NCBI GenBank assembly: GCA_035548655.1
Contig: DASZSN010000019.1
Location: 15,245 to 79,244, forward strand
Reading direction: 5' to 3'
DNA length: 64,000 bases
DNA from: Minisyncoccota bacterium
GTDB taxonomy: Bacteria; Patescibacteriota; Minisyncoccia; Phycocordibacterales; UBA9973
In this document: one piece after another, positions 46,264 to 55,992 of the stretch
Layout of the letters: the number at the start of each line of letters is the position of its first letter
Position numbering within the stretch: the stretch's first letter is position 1
Made by a program: the position numbers and the translations under genes
Notes under the pieces: generated by a model
Database searches by the model: none
The model's input: the letters and a program-made list of their open reading frames with translations, nothing else
What the model was told of the DNA's origin: nothing

Positions 46264-47121
46264 ATGCGTCGAATTTTTTCCATCATCATCACCATCCTCG
46301 TCATCATCGGCATCATTTTGCTCGGATCCTGGCTTTTGGCGCGCCACACTGCGGTAAAAAACGGGGGTGTTGCCCCAACATTTCGAGAATTTTTAACTCT
46401 GGGAACCAATCAGGCGGTCGCACCGACACCGCAGACAGGCGGAACACTCTCTCCTGATGTTACACAAAACGGCGAAGTGCCTTCTTCTCCAAACACTCCA
46501 TCAACTCCAAGTGCTCCATCGGATCACGTTGCCGTGAGTCAGTTCACCGGCGCTCCTACAACGCCCGCTGAGAACAATACAACCCGATCGGGGAGCGCAA
46601 ATGTCGCAACAACGCAAACATTCCCCACGTCGACTGTCGTTACCTCTACGGGAACGACGTCAGCACCAAGCGCCCCTGTCACACCTGCGGTTGCCGGCCC
46701 CGCCTGCAACGACGCTGATCTTGCCATTGATTTCACTCCCGACGAGATCACTCGTCTAAACGCGTTGCAAAATCGTTTTTATGCCATTTCTGAGAACCTT
46801 CACACCGACGCTGAAGCGGAAGCCGAGCTTGCAAACTACAACACATTCAAATCAAAAGCTGATGAGGCAACAGAGCTCTATAACTACTGCCTTGCGGAAA
46901 GCCCGCTTATCACTGCTCCTCTCTATAAAACTCGAGTAAACACACCGTTTTGGAGAGACTCCACGCGTGACAGCGCGGGATATATTAGTGGTGCGACCAG
47001 TACGCGTAACACCTTGGCTCAAAATCTCTTAAACAGTGGAGATTGGCGTGTAGTCAATCCGGAAAACCAAGACGCCGCAAAAAGAACGCTGGAACGAGTT
47101 TTTCAACTCAATCTGTGGTAA
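46264..47121 (+). CDS. Membrane-anchored Thr/Pro-rich protein (285 aa)
   Basis: N-terminal TM FSIIITILVIIGIILLGSWLL and a low-complexity linker. Confidence 0.4.
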   Translation: MRRIFSIIITILVIIGIILLGSWLLARHTAVKNGGVAPTFREFLTLGTNQAVAPTPQTGGTLSPDVTQNGEVPSSPNTPSTPSAPSDHVAVSQFTGAPTTPAENNTTRSGSANVATTQTFPTSTVVTSTGTTSAPSAPVTPAVAGPACNDADLAIDFTPDEITRLNALQNRFYAISENLHTDAEAEAELANYNTFKSKADEATELYNYCLAESPLITAPLYKTRVNTPFWRDSTRDSAGYISGATSTRNTLAQNLLNSGDWRVVNPENQDAAKRTLERVFQLNLW

Positions 47122-47190
47122 CTGGTCAGAAAGCTTAGAAAAAGTGGGTTTTCATTAGTACGCCGTATGACTTCTTGATATACTAGTGTT

Positions 47191-50100
47191 GTGTTTTCAC
47201 GGCTATTTCGACGTAGAAAGATGAAAAAAGAACGCTGGGTCGCAATGCGTACCTCAAAAACAGTGTTGTTGTCAGTACTGCTTTTCTTTACATTATTTTC
47301 CAATGTTGCCCCGGTCTTCGCTGATGATAACTATGACTTTTTCAAAAATCTTTTCGCCGATCAAGTACAGAGCCAAAAAGATGGTGTCCCGTCAACGAGC
47401 GGTTTCCACCAAGATAGTAATGAAGTATTGGCGGCCGACCCTAGCGCCAACACCAGCGGAATAAAAACATTCAAGGCAGGACCGTGGCTTGTTATAAACG
47501 GCAATAAAAATAAAGACAGTTCAGGTAATGTCGTCGACCTTTTTTGGCATATTGTTAAAAATACCGGCGGGCAACGAGATACTACCGGGGGGACTCCTGA
47601 TGTTGCTTCTTTTGTTGTTCGCCTTGGATATAAAGATGCTACCGGGAAACAAATCTATGCGGTACAGACGATTCCTGATCGATACACACTTCCACTCGAT
47701 GGGCAGGGGAATGTTATTGACAGTCTGATCGAGAATAGCAAAAAGGAGCTCTCGTCGATACTCTTCTACATCGATGCCGCAAACAAAGATGTTTCGAGTT
47801 GGTGGGCAAAAATCGGTGCGGGATTGGGAGCACTCACCTGCGCCGCGGGAGCGGTGGGAACAGCGGGTGCAACAACTCTTGGTATCGGTGCGTGTGCGGT
47901 AGTGGGGGGAACTATCGTGAAGAATGTCGGAGGAATTTTTACCAACAGCCAAAGTTGGATGCTCGTGACCCACCAACAGCCAACTGCACTGGTAACTTTT
48001 AAAGATCCTGTTCCGTACAATACCCCAATGACCGCTGATTTTTGGTACTGCGCCGGAAACAGCGACAACGTTCCTCAAAAAGACTCCGCGGGCAATCCGA
48101 CAAACTACGCAAAGGATGGAAGTCGTGCGCCACGAGGTCCTGGGGTCGAGTATTTTACTGAGGATGGAACATGGACCGATATCAACGGAGACCACACCGG
48201 CGGCCAAGCATATGACGTTGCACAAGGTCAACGGCCTTGTGCGGATAGAACTACCATAGTTGCTTCAGCTGGGTATGGCACACAGAGTGGTACTTCGCAA
48301 ATTGCCAGTACATGGAGCAAAGATGTCACTGCCGCATTTCAAATCGGACAAACTATTACTTTCATGAGTCCGGGGAGCCTCACTGACGCAACACAACAAA
48401 ACACTCAAACCCTGGCAGGCGCGGTTCAAGGAACATCAGACCAGCGCAAAAATGCTACCGATGCCGATTTGCCGGGGTGCAATATTTTAAACGGAGTACA
48501 GATTCCCCTCATAAGTAGCGGCGAAGGATCTTTTCTTGGTTGCGTCGCACAGCTTTTTTACTATGGTATTTACTCTCCGATACAGTGGTTTGCGGGAATC
48601 ATGGGAAAGGTGTTTGACTTTTTTCTTGGATACTCGTTGAGCGACAGTGCGTATCGGGCGGACTTTGTGGTATCGGCGTGGCGCGTGATACGAGATATTT
48701 CTAACATCTTCTTTATTATCATTTTGGTATGGACCGGACTTTCGGCGATATTTGGATTTGAAAAGTTTTCGATGAAAAAGGTGGTGCCGAACCTCATCAT
48801 CAATGCACTCATCATCAATTTCAGTCTCTTCATAACACAGCTCGCCATCGACACGTCAAACATTTTTGCGCGGGTATTTTACAACGCCATCACCGTACAG
48901 CAGACAGATCCCACAACGGGACAGCTCGTGGCATCTCCTCCCGGACCGGGTGGGTACAAACAGCTTTCGGTAAAAATGGTTTCAATATTCAACCCTCAAA
49001 CGATAGTGTCCACAGCAGACACTTCGGTGGACTCGCTTCCATCGGCAATTAGTAGAAACGCTCAACTACAAGACCACAACAAGAGTGATTATGCCGCATA
49101 TTTCATTTTGTTAAGCGCAATCAGCGCGTTCATCATGTTTGGCGTAGCAATGATGTTTTGGAAAACGGCATTCTTTTTTCTCGGGAGAGTGGTCGGTCTG
49201 TACATAACGATGATCTTTTCACCGTTCGCGTTTTTGACGAGAGGCGGCATCCCGCTACTTGGGGATATCAAAAGACTTCGATGGAATGATTGGGCTTCGG
49301 ACCTTACTAACTACGCACTTCTTGCACCCATCTTCGTGTTCTTTCTCTATGTCGTCTACTTCATTGCGAACTCTCCTTTTTTGAAATCGATACGGACAGA
49401 GATTTTTGCAAACGGAGACCTCATTCCGAGAATTTTATCCATAGTGATACCGATGCTTATCCTCTACTTCTTTATTAAGTCCGGTGTTGATATAGCAAAA
49501 AAATATTCAGGGTTTGTTGGTGACATGGTACAGGAAAGCATTCAAAAAATAACTGGCGGTATCGGTGGTGTTGTCGGAACGGGGGTTGGACTTGCGGCGG
49601 GAGGGGCCGCGGTGGTGACTCGCGGTGTTGCAAGTGTGGGAGGAAAAGCGGCAAATGCCGTTGGACTCACAGGGTGGGCGGCTGCAAATGCGGATAGTAA
49701 CAACATCGCAAAGTACACCAACAAGTTTCTCCGATGGTCACAAACTTCCAGTATGGATGCTCGAAATTTGGAAATGAAGGTTGGCGGCAAAGAATTTACG
49801 TTGGGTGGAACAATCAGTAAGGGGGTCGGGACATTGAGTGGGGGGAAAGAGAAATATACCGACAAACTTTCAGATGCCCTTGGTATCGGACAAAAGCAGT
49901 ATCTTGGTGGAAACGTAAAAATACGAAAAAATCGCGACGAGCGTTTGACAAAACAAAGAAAAGAACTGATGAGCTTCGATCACCTCACAAAAGAAGAGGC
50001 TGTTGACGTGTGGAACAAGCACGTGCAGTCGCGAGCCCAGAAGAACGCAAGGACTGCAGCTGAGGAAGCGTTTGCAAATTCGGCAAACCCCGAATATGCC

Positions 50101-51108
50101 GCCTTGAGTGAGGCTCTCAGAGCAAAGAATGCCGAACTCGAAGCAAAAGCAGGGGAGATGAATCGTCTCCATGAACAGATGCGCGCCCCGGGAGTAACTA
50201 CTGCAGAGAAGAACTCTTTGCAAGCGGAGCTTAACGACAAGGAACCCGAGTTTCGAGAGCTTCGAACGGAAGTAATCAACATGGAGAACCAGAGACAAAC
50301 CATGCTTGCAAATACACTCAACCAAAACAAAGGGTACAAACAATCCGATGCATACACTGCGGTTGTTAATACTGAGAAAAAGAAGCTTGACGACAAGTAC
50401 GGTGAGATCAAGGATGTAAAGGCGCTTACCGCCGCGATGCGTGCGGAATACGGAGAAGAAATCTTGCGCCAATCGCTCTGGCTTAAGAACGGCAACCTTC
50501 GTAAGCTTCCACCATATGTCGGCGGCATTCCTGCGTCCGGCGCAGGTGGATATGTTTCTGCCGCAGTCACGTCACTTTCGACCGCACTTGATGCGGCACT
50601 TGGAGGAACTGTTGGTGTCTTGGTTGATAACTACATCAAAGAAATTCAAGGCTCGAGCAAGCGAAGCGCTGAAAGCCTCATAACTGAATTTAAAAAGAGT
50701 CAAGGAAAGGGAAGTAAGGTGACAAAACTCAAGGAAAAGATAAAAAATGCAAACAAAGAAATTAAGGAGGCTCTGGAACTTCATCCGGAAAAAGAAAATG
50801 ATCGCTTTAAAGGGAAAGTTGAAGAAATGAATGATTCAATAGTTGAAGAGATAATCGGCGAAGCGGTTGCGCAACACCAAGCAGATGTTGACGATCTTGA
50901 TGAAAAAATCAGACGGGAAACAAACGCCGAGGAAAAACGACGCCTTGAAATTAACCGCGCGAAACTAAACAACAAGATAAAGAAGTTGAACAAAGTGCTT
51001 GAGGATCGAGACCGCGCTCAAAACGAACTTGAGAAGTACGAATCAGAGCAGAAGAAAAAAGAGGAAGGGAAGGGAGGAGGTGGAAAAGAAGATAAAAAAG
51101 GTGAATGA
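47191..51108 (+). CDS. Giant polytopic membrane protein (1305 aa), VirB6/TrbL-like architecture
   Basis: Signal peptide; roughly 450-aa ectodomain; five to six TM helices (including IFFIIILVWTGLSAIFGF and AAYFILLSAISAFIMFGVAMMFW); a Gly-rich segment; and a long Lys/Glu-rich coiled-coil tail. Confidence 0.4.
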   Translation: MFSRLFRRRKMKKERWVAMRTSKTVLLSVLLFFTLFSNVAPVFADDNYDFFKNLFADQVQSQKDGVPSTSGFHQDSNEVLAADPSANTSGIKTFKAGPWLVINGNKNKDSSGNVVDLFWHIVKNTGGQRDTTGGTPDVASFVVRLGYKDATGKQIYAVQTIPDRYTLPLDGQGNVIDSLIENSKKELSSILFYIDAANKDVSSWWAKIGAGLGALTCAAGAVGTAGATTLGIGACAVVGGTIVKNVGGIFTNSQSWMLVTHQQPTALVTFKDPVPYNTPMTADFWYCAGNSDNVPQKDSAGNPTNYAKDGSRAPRGPGVEYFTEDGTWTDINGDHTGGQAYDVAQGQRPCADRTTIVASAGYGTQSGTSQIASTWSKDVTAAFQIGQTITFMSPGSLTDATQQNTQTLAGAVQGTSDQRKNATDADLPGCNILNGVQIPLISSGEGSFLGCVAQLFYYGIYSPIQWFAGIMGKVFDFFLGYSLSDSAYRADFVVSAWRVIRDISNIFFIIILVWTGLSAIFGFEKFSMKKVVPNLIINALIINFSLFITQLAIDTSNIFARVFYNAITVQQTDPTTGQLVASPPGPGGYKQLSVKMVSIFNPQTIVSTADTSVDSLPSAISRNAQLQDHNKSDYAAYFILLSAISAFIMFGVAMMFWKTAFFFLGRVVGLYITMIFSPFAFLTRGGIPLLGDIKRLRWNDWASDLTNYALLAPIFVFFLYVVYFIANSPFLKSIRTEIFANGDLIPRILSIVIPMLILYFFIKSGVDIAKKYSGFVGDMVQESIQKITGGIGGVVGTGVGLAAGGAAVVTRGVASVGGKAANAVGLTGWAAANADSNNIAKYTNKFLRWSQTSSMDARNLEMKVGGKEFTLGGTISKGVGTLSGGKEKYTDKLSDALGIGQKQYLGGNVKIRKNRDERLTKQRKELMSFDHLTKEEAVDVWNKHVQSRAQKNARTAAEEAFANSANPEYAALSEALRAKNAELEAKAGEMNRLHEQMRAPGVTTAEKNSLQAELNDKEPEFRELRTEVINMENQRQTMLANTLNQNKGYKQSDAYTAVVNTEKKKLDDKYGEIKDVKALTAAMRAEYGEEILRQSLWLKNGNLRKLPPYVGGIPASGAGGYVSAAVTSLSTALDAALGGTVGVLVDNYIKEIQGSSKRSAESLITEFKKSQGKGSKVTKLKEKIKNANKEIKEALELHPEKENDRFKGKVEEMNDSIVEEIIGEAVAQHQADVDDLDEKIRRETNAEEKRRLEINRAKLNNKIKKLNKVLEDRDRAQNELEKYESEQKKKEEGKGGGGKEDKKGE

Positions 51109-51635
51109 AAATAACCATGGATATCACTAATACACAACAGAACGATTTCGACGATTCGCTCATCAACGTCCCTGAGGAAGTACAGGACTTTATGTTCAGC
51201 GACGATTTTGATGTCATCTTTCTCGCGATACAACGTGCGTGCTCGCTTACCGACTCTGAACGAGAGTTCGTAAAAAGTCTTACCTATAGCTTACTCGTTG
51301 AGGATATCGATATGGATGAGTTGACGCAAAAACTGGTGGGAACAGGAATGAAAACGGAAACAGTCGCAAACGTCGTCGTCGCGATCAATGAAGAAATACT
51401 CACTCGGGTACAACATATTACCGAGTTTTATTCAGGAGATGAGGAGACAGACACAGTATCAGATGCACCAAGCCCCGCGGACGTCATCGAAACGATCAAA
51501 CGTCGTCTCACTCAGCCGCAAGCGATTGCGCCAACCGCGCGCAGGCTCGATATCAGCAAAACTCCCGAGCTTCCCGCGCCACCAAAACCGACGCCCCGAC
51601 AAGGTGACGATCCATATAGAGAAAAGCCTCTCTAG
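51105..51635 (+). CDS. Acidic cytoplasmic hypothetical protein (176 aa)
   Basis: ORF whose ATG overlaps the upstream stop (ATGA). Confidence 0.35.
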   Translation: MKITMDITNTQQNDFDDSLINVPEEVQDFMFSDDFDVIFLAIQRACSLTDSEREFVKSLTYSLLVEDIDMDELTQKLVGTGMKTETVANVVVAINEEILTRVQHITEFYSGDEETDTVSDAPSPADVIETIKRRLTQPQAIAPTARRLDISKTPELPAPPKPTPRQGDDPYREKPL

Positions 51636-51713
51636 TGGTGGATGCAACCACCACAAGTGAATGTAACACTCCCTATATCTGTCTAAAAGGCGAGGGTACG
51701 GTATACTTACGTT

Positions 51714-52124
51714 ATGCAGTTCAAGGTTCCGCAGTTTATTGATGTTGAGGATAAAGTAATCGGTCCGTTGACGTTCAAACAATTTGCATACCTCGCCGGA
51801 GGGGGAGGACTTGTGTATCTTGCATTCAGATTGCTTCCGACACTTGTCGCATTTCCGGTCGCGGCCGCATTTGCCGCACTCGCACTTGCACTCGCATTCT
51901 TTAAATACAACGAAAAACCCTTTTCGTATCTTCTGGAGTCCTTTGTTCGATTTCATCTCCGCTCCCGCCTCTACCTCTGGCACAAACAACCACACATCAA
52001 AGAGAAGGAGCCGGCGGAAAAGGTCGAGAAACGAAGCTTTTTTGATCGTTCGGCACTCACTGAAAGCAAACTCAAGACACTTTCATGGTCGCTTGATGTG
52101 ATTGATCCGAAGAGTAGTGAATAA
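51714..52124 (+). CDS. PrgI/VirB3-like small membrane protein of conjugative/T4SS systems
   Basis: FKVPQFIDVEDKVIGPLTFKQFAYLAGGG followed by two hydrophobic helices, resembling the PrgI family. Confidence 0.45.
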   Translation: MQFKVPQFIDVEDKVIGPLTFKQFAYLAGGGGLVYLAFRLLPTLVAFPVAAAFAALALALAFFKYNEKPFSYLLESFVRFHLRSRLYLWHKQPHIKEKEPAEKVEKRSFFDRSALTESKLKTLSWSLDVIDPKSSE

Positions 52125-52125
52125 T

Positions 52126-52764
52126 ATGGCAACGCTTGGTGCTCCGGCACAACAATTCGTCCCTGTCAAAGAAGTCCGCGATGGTATCATCGTGCTCAAA
52201 GACGGCACACTCTGCGCGGTGCTCCTCGTCTCGTCGATCAACCTCACCCTTAAAGCATATGATGAACAGCGAGCGGTGCTGTTGCAGTTTCAAGGATTTC
52301 TCAATACGCTTGATTTTCCAATTCAGATTGTGATCCAATCGCGCCGCTATGACATCCGACCCTATATTTTGACGCTTGAAAATCGCCTTAAAAGCATCAA
52401 CGAACAGCTATTGCAGATACAAACGAGAGAGTACATCGAATTCATCCAATCTTTCACCGATCAGGTGAACATTATGAAGAAGTCATTTTTTATTGTCATC
52501 CCCTATGTACCTGCGATCCTCAAACAAGAAAAAGGAGTGGGGAAACTTCTTTCATTTTTCAAAAAGCCTCCGAGCGCACAGGTCGCTGTGTCGGACTTTG
52601 AAGAAGAGCGTTCACAACTTGAAGAACGAATGAGTGTCGTTGAACAGGGACTTACCGGCCTCGGACTTCGGCTGGTGCAGTTAGGCACACAGGAGGCAAT
52701 CGAGCTTCTCTACAAGACGTTCAATCCCGGCGACACCGCTTCGGAAGCAAAACCGACGAAGTAA
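52126..52764 (+). CDS. VirB4/TraE-type ATPase, N-terminal fragment (212 aa)
   Basis: Length and position match the N-domain of Gram-positive VirB4 homologues. It is followed after a cassette by the ATPase portion. The ATG lies immediately after the PrgI-like stop. Confidence 0.5.
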   Translation: MATLGAPAQQFVPVKEVRDGIIVLKDGTLCAVLLVSSINLTLKAYDEQRAVLLQFQGFLNTLDFPIQIVIQSRRYDIRPYILTLENRLKSINEQLLQIQTREYIEFIQSFTDQVNIMKKSFFIVIPYVPAILKQEKGVGKLLSFFKKPPSAQVAVSDFEEERSQLEERMSVVEQGLTGLGLRLVQLGTQEAIELLYKTFNPGDTASEAKPTK

Positions 52765-53198
52765 AAAGTTCGTCAAGTTGTCAGGTTATCAAGTGGTGAA
52801 CACATGAGGCACTTTGAAGACATACAAGCATGGCAAAAAGCAAAAGCATTGACTGTTCTTATTTACGAAGATTTTTCCACCTGTAAGGATTTTTCGTTTA
52901 AAAATCAGATTGAACGAGCGAGTGTTTCAATCATGAACAACATTGCTGAGGGGTTTGAACGACAGACAAACAAAGAGTTTAGAAACTTTCTCTATATCGC
53001 GAAAGGATCCTGTGGGGAGGTGCGGTCAATGCTCTCTGTCGCGAAAGACCTTCACTACATCCATGAGAAAAAGTTTGAGGTTGTAACAAATCTATCTCTT
53101 GAAGTGATAAAAATGATTTCTGGATTGATCAAAAAGCTCTAACTTGACAAGCTTGATAACTTTATAAACTTTATAACTCGCGGTATACTTACCGCCGT
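52765..53198. mobile_element. Low-GC insertion cassette splitting the VirB4-like gene, bracketed by short inverted repeats
   Basis: GTCAAGTT (52772-52779) pairs with AACTTGAC (53141-53148). GTTATCAAG (52785-52793) pairs with CTTGATAAC (53152-53160). The cassette is visibly AT-richer than its flanks. Confidence 0.4.
52804..53142 (+). CDS. Four-helix-bundle protein (23S rRNA intervening-sequence protein / Avd-like family)
   Basis: 112 aa. FEDIQAWQKA...SIMNNIAEGFER...FLYIAKGSCGEVRS matches the conserved pattern of the IVS/four-helix-bundle family. Confidence 0.6.
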   Translation: MRHFEDIQAWQKAKALTVLIYEDFSTCKDFSFKNQIERASVSIMNNIAEGFERQTNKEFRNFLYIAKGSCGEVRSMLSVAKDLHYIHEKKFEVVTNLSLEVIKMISGLIKKL

Positions 53199-55013
53199 AT
53201 GGCACTTTTTTCTAAAAAGGAACGCGACGAGAAACAACATTCTCTCACTCCGATTCCCATGGAGGATGTCTACGAGTGGGCGACCATGGAGCTTGCGGAC
53301 AAAATCGCTCCGTCGGCAATCGAAATCACTCCTCGAAGCATGCGCATCGGAGACAAAATCGTCCGAAGCTTTTTCGTGATTGCTTACCCACGATTTCTCA
53401 CTGACAACTGGCTCACTCCAATCATCAACCTCGACAAAGTGTTCGATATCGCGATGTATATCAGCCCGATTGAAACCGCGGAGCTTCTGCGTCATTTCCA
53501 AAAAAAGATTGCTGAGGTCGAAAGCCAAATCATCACTCGTCAACAGCGCGGGCTCGTACGGGACCCTCGGCTTGATACCGCCTATCAAGATCTAGAGGGA
53601 TTGCGCGACAATCTCACTCAGGCACAAGAAAAAATGTTCGATGTCGGATTTTATATCACTATCTATGCCGACAATGAGAACGACTTGTTTCGAACAGAAA
53701 GTGAGCTTCGATCCTTGTTTGAATCAAAGATGATTTACATCAAACCGACACTTTTTCAAGAAGAGGATGGGTTCAAAACAGTCGTGCCGCTTGGGACCGA
53801 TCGCCTCAGTGTGACACAGAAGCTCAATTCGGAGCCGATTTCGAGTATGTTTCCATTCGTTTCGTTCGATCTCACCTCGGACACCGGCATCCTCTATGGC
53901 GTCAATCGACACAATTCATCGCTCATCATTTTTGACCGCTTCTCGCTCGAAAACTACAATTCCATCATTTTTGCAAAAGCGGGCGCGGGGAAAAGCTACG
54001 CTACCAAGCTCGAAATTATCCGCACCCTTATGTTCGATACCGAAGTACTCGTTATCGACCCGGAGCGTGAGTATGAGTACTTGGCGGAAGCGGTTGGGGG
54101 ACGATACTTTAACATCTCACTTTCTTCTGATCACCATATCAATCCATTCGATCTGCCGATACCGCGAGAAGATGAGGCGCCGGCGGATGTACTGCGAAGC
54201 AATGTCATCAACTTGGTCGGATTGTTCCGAATCATGCTCGGCGGACTCTCTCCTGAAGAAGATTCGCTCGTTGACCGGGCAATCACTGAGACGTACGCGC
54301 TCAAAGACATCAGCGCGGAGTCAGACTTTTCAAAGGTCGAGCCGCCGCTTCTTTCAGATTTTGAAATGGTGCTCCAGGGAATGGAGGGAACTGAGTCGCT
54401 TCTCCAGCGCCTTACCAAGTTCACTCACGGCTCGTGGGCAAACTTCATCAACCAACCAACAAACGTCGATATCAACAAAAAATTCGTTGTGTTCTCGGTA
54501 CGTGATATGGAAGACGATCTCAAACCGGCGGCAATGTATATCGTGACGCATTTTATCTGGAACGCGATTCGCAAAGAACTCAAAAAGCGTCTCCTTGTCG
54601 TGGATGAAGCGTGGTGGATGATGAAAAGCGACGATACTGCCTCGTTCCTTTATTCGATCGCCAAGCGCGGCCGCAAATACTATCTGGGCCTTGCGACCAT
54701 CACTCAAGACGTTGGGGACTTCATGAAGAGCCCGTACGGAGTGCCGATTGTCACGAACTCCTCCATTCAACTGCTCCTCAAACAATCTCCCGCTACCATC
54801 GACATCCTAAAACAGACATTTAACCTCACTGATGAGGAGAAGTATTTGTTGCTTGAGTCCGGTGTTGGGGAGGGGATTTTCTTTGCCGGGCTCAAACATG
54901 TGGCGATCAAGATCATTGCCTCGTATACCGAAGATCAGATCATCACATCCGACCCGTCACAAATCATCTCGATCCGGCAGGCACAAAAGGAATTTCGAGA
55001 GCAACACGCATAG
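53199..55013 (+). CDS. VirB4/TraC/PrgJ-type conjugative ATPase, C-terminal major portion (604 aa)
   Basis: Walker A FAKAGAGKSY, VLVIDPEREY, Walker B LLVVDEAWWMM and the C-terminal YYLGLATITQDVGDF, typical of VirB4-family ATPases. Confidence 0.8.
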   Translation: MALFSKKERDEKQHSLTPIPMEDVYEWATMELADKIAPSAIEITPRSMRIGDKIVRSFFVIAYPRFLTDNWLTPIINLDKVFDIAMYISPIETAELLRHFQKKIAEVESQIITRQQRGLVRDPRLDTAYQDLEGLRDNLTQAQEKMFDVGFYITIYADNENDLFRTESELRSLFESKMIYIKPTLFQEEDGFKTVVPLGTDRLSVTQKLNSEPISSMFPFVSFDLTSDTGILYGVNRHNSSLIIFDRFSLENYNSIIFAKAGAGKSYATKLEIIRTLMFDTEVLVIDPEREYEYLAEAVGGRYFNISLSSDHHINPFDLPIPREDEAPADVLRSNVINLVGLFRIMLGGLSPEEDSLVDRAITETYALKDISAESDFSKVEPPLLSDFEMVLQGMEGTESLLQRLTKFTHGSWANFINQPTNVDINKKFVVFSVRDMEDDLKPAAMYIVTHFIWNAIRKELKKRLLVVDEAWWMMKSDDTASFLYSIAKRGRKYYLGLATITQDVGDFMKSPYGVPIVTNSSIQLLLKQSPATIDILKQTFNLTDEEKYLLLESGVGEGIFFAGLKHVAIKIIASYTEDQIITSDPSQIISIRQAQKEFREQHA

Positions 55014-55038
55014 GACAGGTAAATGTTATACTTTCTCT

Positions 55039-55992
55039 ATGTATATGGTGCGCCTTTTTATACTCTTCGGTTTGATTTTTTCCTCTGCTTTAGTCGCCAA
55101 CGCGCAATTTCAACAACAGCAGTCGGTTGATCTCTCCATCAACATAATCCCCACCGATCCGGCTCCTCTGCAAACGGTGTCGCTTGAAGCGGAAAGCTTT
55201 GCCGTCAATCTCGATCAGGCGAATCTCTCCTGGACCTATGGGGGAAAAACGATTGCAAACGGCGTCGGACAAAAGAGGGTTTCCATTACGGCCCCCGCGG
55301 CGGGAAATGTCGCGACAGTTACTGTCACCGTCTCTGGCCTCGGACTTACCCCACTGTCCGCAAGCGTCACTTTGAATCCGGGCAGTATCGATGTGTTGTG
55401 GGAAGGGGCGGACGCATATACACCCCCGTTTTATAAAGGGAGAGCGCTTCCTGCGCCAAACGGAGTGATTCGCGCGGTCGCCATTCCTTCGACTGCGGCA
55501 CCGAGCCAGGTCAGTTATAACTGGACGAACAATGACTCCGCGATGGCGAACATCTCAGGCGTCGGTCGATCGAGTGTGCTTATATCGAATGATTTGTTTG
55601 ATAGGAGTGAAAACATCTCAGTCACCGTTGCCGGAGGGCTTTTTCAGGGAAACGGAAAGGTGAGTGTCACTCCACAAACACCAACGATCGTCGGGTATCA
55701 AAAAAGTGAAGGGTTTATTGATTATGCGAACGGTTCCACTGGCAACGTTGGGATCGCCGACGGAGGAGCGATCATCCATTTTGAACCGTTCTTTTTCTCA
55801 ACGCCGCGCGACCTCTCCGGACTCTCGTTTGAAATGAAAAATGGGGATACGGATATTTTCAATGTTCCTAAAAACGAGCTTCGTATATCGCGCCCAAGTG
55901 ATGACGGAACAAGCAACATTTCTGTCGGCGTATCGACGAACGTCTACACCCTACAGAATATAACAAAAGACTTCACCTTTACGTTCCAATGA
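55039..55992 (+). CDS. Secreted hypothetical protein (317 aa)
   Basis: Signal peptide MYMVRLFILFGLIFSSALVANA. The start is taken at the internal ATG of the track ORF. Confidence 0.4.
   Translation: MYMVRLFILFGLIFSSALVANAQFQQQQSVDLSINIIPTDPAPLQTVSLEAESFAVNLDQANLSWTYGGKTIANGVGQKRVSITAPAAGNVATVTVTVSGLGLTPLSASVTLNPGSIDVLWEGADAYTPPFYKGRALPAPNGVIRAVAIPSTAAPSQVSYNWTNNDSAMANISGVGRSSVLISNDLFDRSENISVTVAGGLFQGNGKVSVTPQTPTIVGYQKSEGFIDYANGSTGNVGIADGGAIIHFEPFFFSTPRDLSGLSFEMKNGDTDIFNVPKNELRISRPSDDGTSNISVGVSTNVYTLQNITKDFTFTFQ

Noticed and set aside
52804-53142. Avd-like four-helix-bundle gene as part of a diversity-generating retroelement
   Set aside because: No reverse transcriptase gene and no template/variable repeat pair anywhere in the window. 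An isolated Avd-family gene is more consistent with the IVS / four-helix-bundle family found in intervening sequences.
52765-53198. Intein or self-splicing intron explaining the split VirB4
   Set aside because: The upstream half ends with a stop codon and the downstream half starts with its own ATG, so there is no continuous frame as an intein needs. I could not identify any group I or group II intron core structure or IEP/LAGLIDADG ORF. An insertion cassette is the simpler reading.
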